A program made the position numbers and the translations under genes. The notes below the pieces were generated by a model. That model made no database searches. It saw only the letters and a program-made list of their open reading frames with translations, and was not told the DNA's origin. A stretch of DNA of 64,000 nt, taken from assembly GCA_965228855.1 (NCBI GenBank), contig CBDDIJ010000003.1, forward strand, positions 832,001 to 896,000, written 5' to 3'. Positions within the stretch are counted from its first letter, which is position 1. The number at the start of each line of letters is the position of its first letter. Origin of the DNA: Candidatus Obscuribacterales bacterium (GTDB lineage Bacteria; Cyanobacteriota; Vampirovibrionia; Obscuribacterales; Obscuribacteraceae). Positions 20,180-29,421 of the stretch are shown in pieces.

Positions 20180-21525
20180 TAGTTATCGCCTCCGACGAGC
20201 GCTTTAACGGCTTCTGTTTTCAACACGAAAGCTCCGCTCGATACAACTCGATCGCCGAGCTTCAAATTTCCTGAAACTAAAGTCCTCTCCCCGACGGTAG
20301 AAATCCTTTGTACGGCGGTTTTTTCAAATTGATTGTCGCCACGAGCGACGAAAACAAAATCGCTGCCCTCTATGTTTTGAATCGCTGACGTGTCAACAAT
20401 TAGCCCGCTCTCGCCGGGTCTCTGCGTGTGAACTTTGGCTATGACCATCATTCCTGGTTTTAGTAAACCGCTGCGATTTTGGATTTGGGTTCGCACTAAA
20501 ACTGAGTGACTATTTGGATCAAAGTTTTCACCCAAGCGTGTGATATGTCCGTCGAAGGTCATTCCAGGCGCAACTTCCGACGTGAACTTCACAGGGGTAC
20601 CGATATGGAGCTTCGAGACTTCCAGTTGAGGGACTTCAAGCATGACCCAGACGGTCTTAAGGTCGGCGATGCAGAGCAGGGAGTTGTGCTGCGCTTGTGT
20701 TGTTCTCGGTGCCATTGTCGTTGATAAAGGGCTCACGCCCTGTCCGGCGATGACATTGCGCTCTACGACCGTTCCTGACCTTGGACTGTAAAGCGGCAAC
20801 TCGGTTGTGATGTCATCCGGCGTCTTGCTTGGGCTATTGATACCCAGCGCTGCAAGTCGCACTTTAGCAGCACTCAACTGTGCCTTAGCTGCGTTGCCTG
20901 CGGCTTCCGATGCGACCAGTTCTGCACTTGTGGAGGCGACCTTCTCTTGTGCGATCTCGACATCGCGCTTTGCGGAAATGCCTTCATCAACCAAACCTTC
21001 AAGGCGCGTTTGGTTTTTCATCGATAATTCGAGTCGGGTCTTGATCAATCGTGTTGCAGCTTCGACTTCCTGCAACTTGGACAACGCATGGTAGTAGTTT
21101 GCCTGCGCTTCGGCGACGTCCGGGCTGGTGACGTACATGAGAATTTGACCCTTTTTTACGACGTCCCCTACGTCGACGAGAACACGGCTGACGACGCCAT
21201 TCATTTGCGGCGAAACGATACCTGTGTCGTCCGACGGCGCCTGTACTATTGAAGAGAAATCGAGGTCTTGCGATAGATGGCTCACTTGCACGGGGACTGA
21301 CTTTATCTGCGCGAAGTCGATTTGTTGTTGGGTCAGGTGGAGGAACATTGGGGCGGAAACCGTCCCGGCGGTCCTCGCCGCTCCACCCGTGGTGCTGAGT
21401 TTTTTCGTTGCTGATTCCGACGATGTTTTATTCGCCCGCGCAAACGTCGGGACGGTCGAATGACTGTCACAACCGGCGGAAAACACCACGGCAAGCGCCG
21501 CTAGCAAGAACCTGGTTCTTGTCAT
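20179..21525 (-). CDS. czcB: RND efflux periplasmic adaptor (CzcB-like)
   Basis: Lipoprotein-like signal (FSAGC), lipoyl half-motifs (VDVGDVVKKGQ; SPRSGTVVERNV), LKPGM; translationally coupled to czcA. Confidence 0.85.
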   Translation of the reverse strand: MTRTRFLLAALAVVFSAGCDSHSTVPTFARANKTSSESATKKLSTTGGAARTAGTVSAPMFLHLTQQQIDFAQIKSVPVQVSHLSQDLDFSSIVQAPSDDTGIVSPQMNGVVSRVLVDVGDVVKKGQILMYVTSPDVAEAQANYYHALSKLQEVEAATRLIKTRLELSMKNQTRLEGLVDEGISAKRDVEIAQEKVASTSAELVASEAAGNAAKAQLSAAKVRLAALGINSPSKTPDDITTELPLYSPRSGTVVERNVIAGQGVSPLSTTMAPRTTQAQHNSLLCIADLKTVWVMLEVPQLEVSKLHIGTPVKFTSEVAPGMTFDGHITRLGENFDPNSHSVLVRTQIQNRSGLLKPGMMVIAKVHTQRPGESGLIVDTSAIQNIEGSDFVFVARGDNQFEKTAVQRISTVGERTLVSGNLKLGDRVVSSGAFVLKTEAVKALVGGDN

Positions 21526-21633
21526 AATTTTTATTCCAATCGTAGAAGTTCTGGCAGAAATCGAAACAATCGAAATTGAAACCTGGTGTGCCAGGTATAG
21601 ACTTTCGCGGTTTCGAAGAAGGACGACTGGTTT

Positions 21634-22044
21634 TTAAATCAATAGTGCGCGTTTTAAAATATATAGCGGCGGTGATGCGCTTAGGATCTTGCGATGACTG
21701 GTAAACAGCCTCTTCGGAATGAGATCACGAAGTGCGAGCGCTGCCGTCAAGATTTGATGAAAGATAAGTAGGGTAACGGCTTGGAGCATTGCGACCGAGC
21801 CCGAAGGGTCTTCGGCAGACGACTCGACTAAGGGACTGTGAAAATGTGGACTGACGCGGCAAGGAATGCTGCCAACCAGGTTTTCAATTGAACGTTCGCA
21901 TTCGATGAAACTGTCGCTCAGCAAGCCGCCTGTCGAAAGATCGTGTAGGAACGTATTTGTCCAAACCAACGTGAATATGATCAATGCCGAGAAGAACGAT
22001 GTCTTCCCCCATACGGCGATTTTTGGTGTATGTAATGTTGGCAT
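21634..22044 (-). CDS. Small membrane protein with His/Cys residues upstream of czcBA
   Basis: N-terminal TM helix; HD, C, CRVSPHFH; C-terminal SASPPLYILKRALLI. Confidence 0.55.
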   Translation of the reverse strand: MPTLHTPKIAVWGKTSFFSALIIFTLVWTNTFLHDLSTGGLLSDSFIECERSIENLVGSIPCRVSPHFHSPLVESSAEDPSGSVAMLQAVTLLIFHQILTAALALRDLIPKRLFTSHRKILSASPPLYILKRALLI

Positions 22045-22118
22045 TTGATCCTTATCCTAGCAAAAGTCCCGGCTGATGAATACTCTAAATAACGAAGTTT
22101 TCGCTACCAGGAAAACAT

Positions 22119-22145
22119 AAGAGCAACGATTCGCTCGTTGCTCTT
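22119..22145 (-). terminator. Intrinsic terminator of the hsp20 operon
   Basis: 11-bp stem aagagcaacga/tcgttgctctt followed by atgtttt on the minus strand, 28 nt after the last hsp20 stop. Confidence 0.7.
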
Positions 22146-22172
22146 GCTGTCCAGAGTCGGATGGACTCAAAG

Positions 22173-22847
22173 TTATTGGGTTTGGAGCTCCAGTTTTTTG
22201 ATTGGAGCGGAGGCTAGCTGACTTTTGGGTACCGTGATTGTGAGCACTCCATTTTTCAGCTGTGCGTCTGCTTTTTCCAGATCAACTTTATAGGGAAATT
22301 CCATGCGCTGCTCGAATCGCTGAGTGCAATGCTCCGCCGTCTGTCTTTTGGACTGGGCATCGCCTGCATCAGGCGACTCCATTTTTTTCTCCCCAACAAG
22401 CGTGAAACCATTGTCATTCAACTCGATGTTTAGCTCAGACTTCTCGTAGCCAGGGACTTCGACCCGAACTTTCAGAAGGTCGCCCACCTCAGATGTCTCC
22501 ATTCTTGGACCGGCGAATGCCAGTTCGCGAGACATCGGAAATGAATGCATATCGTCCCAGAGTGACCCGAATTTCCGCATCATAACTGTAGGAATGAATT
22601 CGTCACTCAGAAGCCAGCCCGTCCAGCGATTATTTGAATCTTGCCGGTCAGGTGAGCGTGTTTCTGTCTGAACTCGACCGCTTTTGCTGTTTTCTTGTAT
22701 TTTCGACGGTGTTATCTCCAGGTTTTTGCCTGCGGCAGGGACCGTCAAAAGGCAAGATGCCGCTGTGAATAACCCAAGTGAAATAGCGACCCTCATGAGT
22801 TTCCATCGAAAGTTTGGGGCGGCTATGTTTATCCGAACTCTACTCAT
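22173..22847 (-). CDS. Hsp20/alpha-crystallin protein with signal-peptide-like N-terminus
   Basis: VRVEVPG, FEQRMEFP, AQLKNGVLTITVPK; GGGAGG RBS before ATG 22847. Confidence 0.85.
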   Translation of the reverse strand: MSRVRINIAAPNFRWKLMRVAISLGLFTAASCLLTVPAAGKNLEITPSKIQENSKSGRVQTETRSPDRQDSNNRWTGWLLSDEFIPTVMMRKFGSLWDDMHSFPMSRELAFAGPRMETSEVGDLLKVRVEVPGYEKSELNIELNDNGFTLVGEKKMESPDAGDAQSKRQTAEHCTQRFEQRMEFPYKVDLEKADAQLKNGVLTITVPKSQLASAPIKKLELQTQ

Positions 22848-22866
22848 AGAACCTCCCGTGATTGGA

Positions 22867-23277
22867 CTAATCAACGCTTACTTCTATTTTTCTGGGTAGT
22901 GCGCGTTTGCTTTTCGGTAGGACCAGCTTGAGCACGCCGTTCTTCACCGTCGCCTGAATGCCCTCACGGTCTATCTCATTGGAGAGCGAGAAAACGCGCT
23001 TATAATCGCCGACACCGTATTCGGTATATGTTTGCGAAAAACCGCTGACTTCAGACTCTTCGACTCGTCCGTGGATTGTCAAAATGTTTTGTTCCAGGGT
23101 GATATCGATGTTGTCTTGCTTCACGCCAGGCATGTCAGCGAGAACTACTATCTGTTGGGTTGATTCGTAGATGTCCGCTCTTGGAACAAAGTATCTTCTT
23201 TCGGAATTGGTCGGGCGCTCCAGTTCTGCGTGTGCCGGCGTTTCGGATTTCTTGGTTTCTAACAATGCTGAAGACAT
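22867..23277 (-). CDS. Hsp20/alpha-crystallin small heat-shock protein
   Basis: PRADIYE, LADMPGV, YKRVFSL, ATVKNGVLKLVLPK, PRKIEV. Confidence 0.93.
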   Translation of the reverse strand: MSSALLETKKSETPAHAELERPTNSERRYFVPRADIYESTQQIVVLADMPGVKQDNIDITLEQNILTIHGRVEESEVSGFSQTYTEYGVGDYKRVFSLSNEIDREGIQATVKNGVLKLVLPKSKRALPRKIEVSVD

Positions 23278-23310
23278 ATTTCTGTTTCCTCTCTAAAAAA
23301 AAACGGTGTG

Positions 23311-23748
23311 TTACTGAGAACTGACGCTGATTTTTCTCGGTTTATCAGCTTCTGCTCTGGGCAACTTGATTTCCAGAATTCCGTCGTTGAAGCGAGCTTT
23401 TACCCCGTCACCGTCCACTGTGAAGGGCAGTTGAAGACTGCGTGTGAAGTGTCCGAAACGACGTTCTTTACGCGTGCAGGAGTGCTCCTCCTCAAAGGTT
23501 TCTTCGTGTCGAGAACCGCGGATCGTCACCGTATCGTTCACCAGCGAGATGTCTACCTTCTCTGGTTCTACGCCAGGTATTTCAGTTCTAACAACCGCTC
23601 CATCTTCGGAGGACCACACGTTGATAGGTGGGAACTCGGAGTAAGATGACTCGTGATTTGTTAGCCAGCGATTTAATTGCATCTCCAATTGTTTCATGTC
23701 TCTGAGCGAACGATAAACGTCATGTTCAGCCAATCTCTGAAGCAACAT
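23311..23748 (-). CDS. Hsp20/alpha-crystallin small heat-shock protein
   Basis: FPPINV, EIPGV, ERRFGHFTRSLQLP, ARFNDGILEIKLPR, PRKISV; GGGAGG RBS before ATG 23748. Confidence 0.93.
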   Translation of the reverse strand: MLLQRLAEHDVYRSLRDMKQLEMQLNRWLTNHESSYSEFPPINVWSSEDGAVVRTEIPGVEPEKVDISLVNDTVTIRGSRHEETFEEEHSCTRKERRFGHFTRSLQLPFTVDGDGVKARFNDGILEIKLPRAEADKPRKISVSSQ

Positions 23749-24011
23749 GGATAAGTCCTCCCTTTGGAAAAACATCGCTGTTTAGAAAGAGAGCGCTAGA
23801 TGATTGAAGTTCGATCTCTTTCTCAAGCCAGTGAACAGCAGTTGCTTTTGGCTTGTGGCAGCGATTGAAAATGTCACGTTTTTATTTTTATCGAACTTCA
23901 GTTTTGAGTCCAAATTTTTGCATCATTTTTTAAGAATTTTATGCTTCGAACCGGGCGTGGCCCGATATAACCTCGATCCTCATATATGCGATGTAGTTTG
24001 ATCATGATTTT

Positions 24012-27000
24012 TTAGATGGGCGAATTCGTGACAATCTGATTGTTGCCGGAGAAATCGATGCCCTGTCCTGTCGACGATTGATTATTGAGGATAATCTTCT
24101 TGTCATTGGCTGTGAAGGTCGTTGGTCCCGCGGAGCCGTCGCTTGAAATGGCAGTTGGGTTTTCACCGAAGTAGGTTTGACCTTTGCCGTTGTTTACAAC
24201 GATGATCTCGGCAGGAGGAGTGAACTCGCTTGGAACGGGGGTTGTTGGTTTCTTCGGCAACTCTCCGATTGCAAGAACTATATTTCCGGCTTTCTTGCCT
24301 CCGAAGGTTCTCATAGAACCTCCGTTAGCTGTCCAGATGGAACCAGTGGTGGTGCTTTTGGCTTGAAGTGTAATTCCACCGCTGGTAGCTATAATCTGTG
24401 AGCCGCTATTGCTGGAGATTCCTCCATTTTCACTTACTAGATTAACGCTGCCTTTGGTTAAGACCCGCACTGTTTGGTAGGTAATATTTCCGGTATTTGT
24501 TATGTCAACACCGCCATTCGCAGTCACATTTTGTCCTATCGGAATGCCTAGATTGGAAGAATCGTTGTTGATTGTCAGTGACGAATTTGTGAATGCATCT
24601 AGGGTCGTAGCCTGCGTATTCAGTGAGATCGAACCAGTGTCGGAGACGAGGCGAAGATTGTCGCCTGTGAGTACGACTCCTTTGGATGCTGAAATTTTCC
24701 CTTTGCCAGATGCCTCCAGCGAGACATTTGCCGAGTTGATGCTGTTCATCGCCAGCAGTGTGATGCCGTTTCCGCTTTCGATAGCTATTGAACCTCCCGC
24801 GGCGGAAAGAGAACCTTGAATTCCATTTTTTGGCGTCTTGGTACCACCAACGGTGAATGCCTTAGTGTATGCGGACGATAACTGGATAGTCCCACTGTTA
24901 CCGCCATTGACTCCGTCGACGTTCAAGTCGCCTAGCACGACTAACTTTCCGACTTTGTTGGATGGTGCTGCTCCAGCCTTCAACGTTATATTACCGCCGT
25001 TGTGAGCCCCGGCACCTGCGGAAGATGCAACATCGATGGCGCTAACGTCGACTGTGAGGTCTCCGTTTACATCCACGGTTACAGAACCTCCGTTGCCGTT
25101 GTTGGGACCTGCATGAGCGCTCAATTGTAGATATGCTACCTCGCCCTTCGGCGTTTTTGAAGGAACGCCCAAGTAAGTAGGCTTAGTGCTCTGGTCCGTA
25201 TAGCTTATGGAGCCGCCATTCCCGTTGTTTGCTCCGTTGGCGGTTATGACCAGCGGTGTGAGCGGCGTGCTCTGATTATTTGTGATTGAGTTTGCGCTGA
25301 GGGAGACCGTCCCACCGTTTGTGGTCGAGGAATTGGCGTTGATCGCATTAGTTGAAATGTCGAGATTCAAGTCTCCACTCGATGCTATGTTCAAAGTGCT
25401 TCCGTTCGTCGAGATACCACCACTAGTGGTGCTTATTGAAACAGCTGCATCCTGAGCGAGTGATGGTGTCGATTCATTTGCAGATATATTTGTAGAGCCG
25501 CTAATCATCAGGTTCGCGGAAGACAAACTGATCCGCCCTGCTTGTGTGTCAGTTGATAAACCTGAGCCATCGGAGGAAAGTGTTACTCCGCCGCCGCCGA
25601 ATTCTAAAAGCCCGCTCGAATTGATGGTTATGCTTCCCTTATCGCCGAATTCAGAGACGATGCCGCTTATAAAAACACCACCGGTCCCGCTGTTTTCGAT
25701 CAGGATGTCGCCGCCATTTTTTCCTGCCGTTATTGCACCGATTACCGTCAACTTTGTGATGTCTTCGTGACCGCGAACAGTAATATTACCGCCGTCAGCA
25801 GTGGGGGATGCTTGCGCTCTCAAAAGGTTCTGGGCTAAGACTCTTCCCGAGTCTGAGATGATGCTGATATCTCCTGCGTTGATCGTGCCACCACCAGGGG
25901 TGCCGTCAGTGATTACCGTCGAGGAGAGTGTGACTTGTGTGCCTCCGTGAATGAGGACATCTCCGCCGACGGTGGTTATACTCTGGTTGATTTGAATTCC
26001 GCCGGCGGGATTTATATCAGCTGACGGAACGATCGTGTTTCCCGATGTGATTGCTCCGGTCGTATCGAATGTCATCGATGTTCCGCTGCTGAATGCGGGC
26101 TGAGCCGTGGCGATTGTCACACCGCCATTGCTATTGGTGCCTCCGCTCGAGATCACCGCTGTGCCGATTGTGATTGCAGTACCGTTGCCACCGGCGATGA
26201 TATTAATGGCTCCATTTCTTCCATTCTCTCCAACGCCACTGCTGTCTATTAGTCCGGCGCCTAAGTTGATTATCCCTTTATTTCCGTTGCTGTCTGCGTA
26301 TGCTGCAATGGTGATGTCACCGCCCGCGGTGTCCTGGTTGGTTCCGTTCGACTCAATGCGCAAGTTGATTCCGCTAAGCGAGATGTTGCCACCTGTCGCC
26401 GACGCGCCATCAATCGTAACTGCTCCGGTGGCGGCTGTTCCTGGAACAGTAGTGGAAGGCGTTGTCCCGGATACGATGTTGGCTCCAGCGATGATCGTGA
26501 TATCCTGCCCGACACCGTTAGCATCAACGGCCCGGATGTTATTAAGACCCGCGCGGAGAATGTCACTGCTGGCGATGATTGCCAACTTCTCGCCTACCGT
26601 AATGTCGCCTGTTAACGAGATGTCACCTGTATTGTAATAGGTTGGATCGCCGACCAGGCACTGCGTACCGATAGTCAACATATCGGTATTGGCGCTTACG
26701 TGTGCCGCTGACCCCGTGGAATTGACCACGCCTGTGAGCTGGTTGACGAATACGTCAGTTGTTCCCATTCCGGTGAAAAGATTGAGCTCGCGCGAAATCA
26801 GATCTCCGCCGTAGACGGTAGTATTGCCGGTCCCGCTGTAATCTCCGGAGCGAATATTAATTGCGCCATTCTGAGCGAGAATGGTTCCTCCTGCGTTTGT
26901 CACGCTCAAGTCACTATCAGCAGTGCCGCCTAGCGTGATATTTTGGTTTGAAATAATCGAGCCAGTGTTGTTTATCGCGCGACCTGCTGTAATTTCCAGA

Positions 27001-27896
27001 TTGCCTGAGGCGGAAATCAAGCCTGCATTGTTGATATCACGGTCCGCATGCAGCGACAGGTTTAGTTGTTCAGCACTGGTTCTGATTGTTGCTCCACTGT
27101 TATTCGTGATATCTCTCGCCGCAATTCTTGCCGTATCGAATTGTTTATCTGTTGAAAAGGCGTTGACAGAACCAAAGTTGATCAAGTCATTTGTGACTCG
27201 AATTCCGTCTGAATGTTTTGAGAAGTCACCACTAGCGGTGACAAACTCAGGAATTACCAGCTGATTGGCTCGGATGGTTTTGCCACCATCATTAATACTA
27301 TTGAGGCTGAATTCTCCTCCGACACCACGTCCGTTGGCGTCAATGTTAAGCCCCTGAGAACCTTCATTGAGTACTTGCTGCAGAGCGATGTACTCAGCGG
27401 CTGTTACGCGATCTCCGCTTGAGAGTGTTCTTTGCTCGCTCCCAACCTTGATGGAATGGGTTTCGCTGTCAATAAAGAGATTCTTGCCAAGAACGATCGA
27501 GCGATCGCTGGAGGTAAGGTCCAGTTCAATTCCGTTCACGACTGCTTTGGCGCGACCATTGTCGCGAATGAATGCCGATTGGTCGCTCAACTTCTGCAGT
27601 CGGTTTTCGATATGGGAATGTGTCGAGTTATTAGCTCCGAGTGTTTGCGCCGACGAGTTCTGTGAAATAGGAGAGTGCAGCGAGGGGACTGAATCAGTGA
27701 CCGGTCGAGCGATGACGTCGCGATGAATCATCCGGCGAATTTCGCGATTGCTCAAACCTGGATTTGCTTGCTGCATTTGACGCATAAGACCGGCGCCGTC
27801 GCCGGCGTGAGCTGCCTGTGACAGGCATACACTGCCGGCCAGCATGAGCACCGAAATCAAAGGACGAACGGGCGAACTCATTTTATTCATGAACAA
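24012..27896 (-). CDS. Large secreted G/N/S/T-rich beta-helix (filamentous haemagglutinin-like) protein
   Basis: 1294 aa; signal ending AHA; repeated GGxIxI and NGGxIxL strands; shares N-terminal domains with 44399-53515. Confidence 0.75.
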   Translation of the reverse strand: MFMNKMSSPVRPLISVLMLAGSVCLSQAAHAGDGAGLMRQMQQANPGLSNREIRRMIHRDVIARPVTDSVPSLHSPISQNSSAQTLGANNSTHSHIENRLQKLSDQSAFIRDNGRAKAVVNGIELDLTSSDRSIVLGKNLFIDSETHSIKVGSEQRTLSSGDRVTAAEYIALQQVLNEGSQGLNIDANGRGVGGEFSLNSINDGGKTIRANQLVIPEFVTASGDFSKHSDGIRVTNDLINFGSVNAFSTDKQFDTARIAARDITNNSGATIRTSAEQLNLSLHADRDINNAGLISASGNLEITAGRAINNTGSIISNQNITLGGTADSDLSVTNAGGTILAQNGAINIRSGDYSGTGNTTVYGGDLISRELNLFTGMGTTDVFVNQLTGVVNSTGSAAHVSANTDMLTIGTQCLVGDPTYYNTGDISLTGDITVGEKLAIIASSDILRAGLNNIRAVDANGVGQDITIIAGANIVSGTTPSTTVPGTAATGAVTIDGASATGGNISLSGINLRIESNGTNQDTAGGDITIAAYADSNGNKGIINLGAGLIDSSGVGENGRNGAINIIAGGNGTAITIGTAVISSGGTNSNGGVTIATAQPAFSSGTSMTFDTTGAITSGNTIVPSADINPAGGIQINQSITTVGGDVLIHGGTQVTLSSTVITDGTPGGGTINAGDISIISDSGRVLAQNLLRAQASPTADGGNITVRGHEDITKLTVIGAITAGKNGGDILIENSGTGGVFISGIVSEFGDKGSITINSSGLLEFGGGGVTLSSDGSGLSTDTQAGRISLSSANLMISGSTNISANESTPSLAQDAAVSISTTSGGISTNGSTLNIASSGDLNLDISTNAINANSSTTNGGTVSLSANSITNNQSTPLTPLVITANGANNGNGGSISYTDQSTKPTYLGVPSKTPKGEVAYLQLSAHAGPNNGNGGSVTVDVNGDLTVDVSAIDVASSAGAGAHNGGNITLKAGAAPSNKVGKLVVLGDLNVDGVNGGNSGTIQLSSAYTKAFTVGGTKTPKNGIQGSLSAAGGSIAIESGNGITLLAMNSINSANVSLEASGKGKISASKGVVLTGDNLRLVSDTGSISLNTQATTLDAFTNSSLTINNDSSNLGIPIGQNVTANGGVDITNTGNITYQTVRVLTKGSVNLVSENGGISSNSGSQIIATSGGITLQAKSTTTGSIWTANGGSMRTFGGKKAGNIVLAIGELPKKPTTPVPSEFTPPAEIIVVNNGKGQTYFGENPTAISSDGSAGPTTFTANDKKIILNNQSSTGQGIDFSGNNQIVTNSPI

Positions 27897-28050
27897 TACT
27901 CTTGGTTAACCAATCCGCAAGGAGCGAATTAGGGAAGTCGCGATGGGATGCCTGCGCGTCTCAAAAGAGTATCGTATTTCCGTCGCTTGGATATTAACAA
28001 AATTAAGCTTGCGGAAGACTGTTTTGCGCGACGACTGGAGGCATCTGGTT

Positions 28051-29187
28051 TCAAGCGACTAGATTTTTTCTTATACGACCGTTGCCCAGGTGCCAGATAG
28101 CCGCATCAGTTGCAAACTGGTGAAAGTTTACGACGGCAAGTGTCAATCCAAGTGCTTCGTCGTAACCGGTAAGATCGACGAGTGATACCACATGGGGCAA
28201 GATGACGTAAACCGCACATCCAACCAGCACCGCCTTGCCAAACCAGTTGATCGCCGGCCAGTCCACAAGCTGCTTTGAAATTGTTTTTGCACTTGCATCG
28301 ACCAGACCACGCTCACGAAGACTGTATGAGAGGTTCAGCGCCATGTACTGGCTTCCATGATACAGAGCCGGAATATAGAGCCAGAGCAGGACATTCATCG
28401 GTTTCTTGGTCAAACCGAGGGCTGCGATTGTTGCGAGCATCAAGAAGATTGGGGCTGGAAGCAATCTTTTATCGATAAACAGTTTGCGCACGATTGCGAA
28501 AACGAACACAACAGCCGAGATGCACATAAGCACCATGCTTACTTGTAAAACTGCCTGCGCTGCCAGGCTACCAGATGGTGCCATCCAAAAGGGTGTCGCA
28601 GCGCCGTAAAGAGTGTATGGCGAAAATGTTTCGTCGGTAAAGAAGCGAACTCCTGCGTGCAAGGAAAGCATTGTCATGAAAGCTCGAAAGCTCGCTTTTT
28701 CAAATCTGGAAACTGTGTATCCGCGCTTTTCGCAGTAAACCAGCGCAATGCCGTAGGTTTGCATCGCCCAGTGCCAGAAAGTGGTTACGAGGTAGACTGT
28801 GACCAGGACGCCTATGAGTTTCTGCATAAAAATTGCAAGCACGTACAGCGCGACGGCAGCGTATAGAAGTCTTGTTCTGTAAAACTTGAAAGCCTGCTGG
28901 TCGGACTCGCTGCCCCATAAACGGAAATAGGTCGCCACGTTGTGTGCATTGAAGAAAAGATGCTGAGAGACGATGATCACGGTCAGCAAGCCGATGTGGC
29001 GGGGGTCTGTCTTATCGAAGGGCAGTTCGCTTCCGAGAAGTAGTTGGTTGGCGAGGATCGCGAGCCAAACGGCTCCACCGGCGACGAAAAGATAATCGAG
29101 GACGGGATTCAGAACCCATGGTGACGGCTTGACGCCTTGAGGTGACGCGTCAGTCGACTGCTTAGTTGTGGCGGGATCGTTGGTCAA
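28051..29187 (-). CDS. Multi-pass membrane protein with conserved His motifs (paralogue A)
   Basis: Many TM helices; motifs HNVATY, WHWAMQTYG, HGSQY, FHQFATDAAIW. Confidence 0.75.
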   Translation of the reverse strand: MTNDPATTKQSTDASPQGVKPSPWVLNPVLDYLFVAGGAVWLAILANQLLLGSELPFDKTDPRHIGLLTVIIVSQHLFFNAHNVATYFRLWGSESDQQAFKFYRTRLLYAAVALYVLAIFMQKLIGVLVTVYLVTTFWHWAMQTYGIALVYCEKRGYTVSRFEKASFRAFMTMLSLHAGVRFFTDETFSPYTLYGAATPFWMAPSGSLAAQAVLQVSMVLMCISAVVFVFAIVRKLFIDKRLLPAPIFLMLATIAALGLTKKPMNVLLWLYIPALYHGSQYMALNLSYSLRERGLVDASAKTISKQLVDWPAINWFGKAVLVGCAVYVILPHVVSLVDLTGYDEALGLTLAVVNFHQFATDAAIWHLGNGRIRKNLVA

Positions 29188-29421
29188 AATGTCGCCTGGT
29201 AAAGTTCAGCTCTCTATCCGTATGACTGCACCGGCATTCATTGCGGTTCAAGTATTGATCCGATTTGGGGGGTTGTTTTAACTCCTGTGCCCGTTTTTGA
29301 AAGATACCTTGCGCCTGGCTGAAAGTCTATTTTTTTCACGTCCACTTCACGCTGGCGAGATAAGGTTTTCGTATGGTCCCTTTTGGGGCATGATAAATGT
29401 GGGCTTTTTGTAGGCAAACGA

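Noticed and set aside
23780..24010. CIRCE operator upstream of the hsp20 operon
   Set aside because: No TTAGCACTC-N9-GAGTGCTAA; only a weak imperfect GTGGCA-N11-TGTCAC repeat
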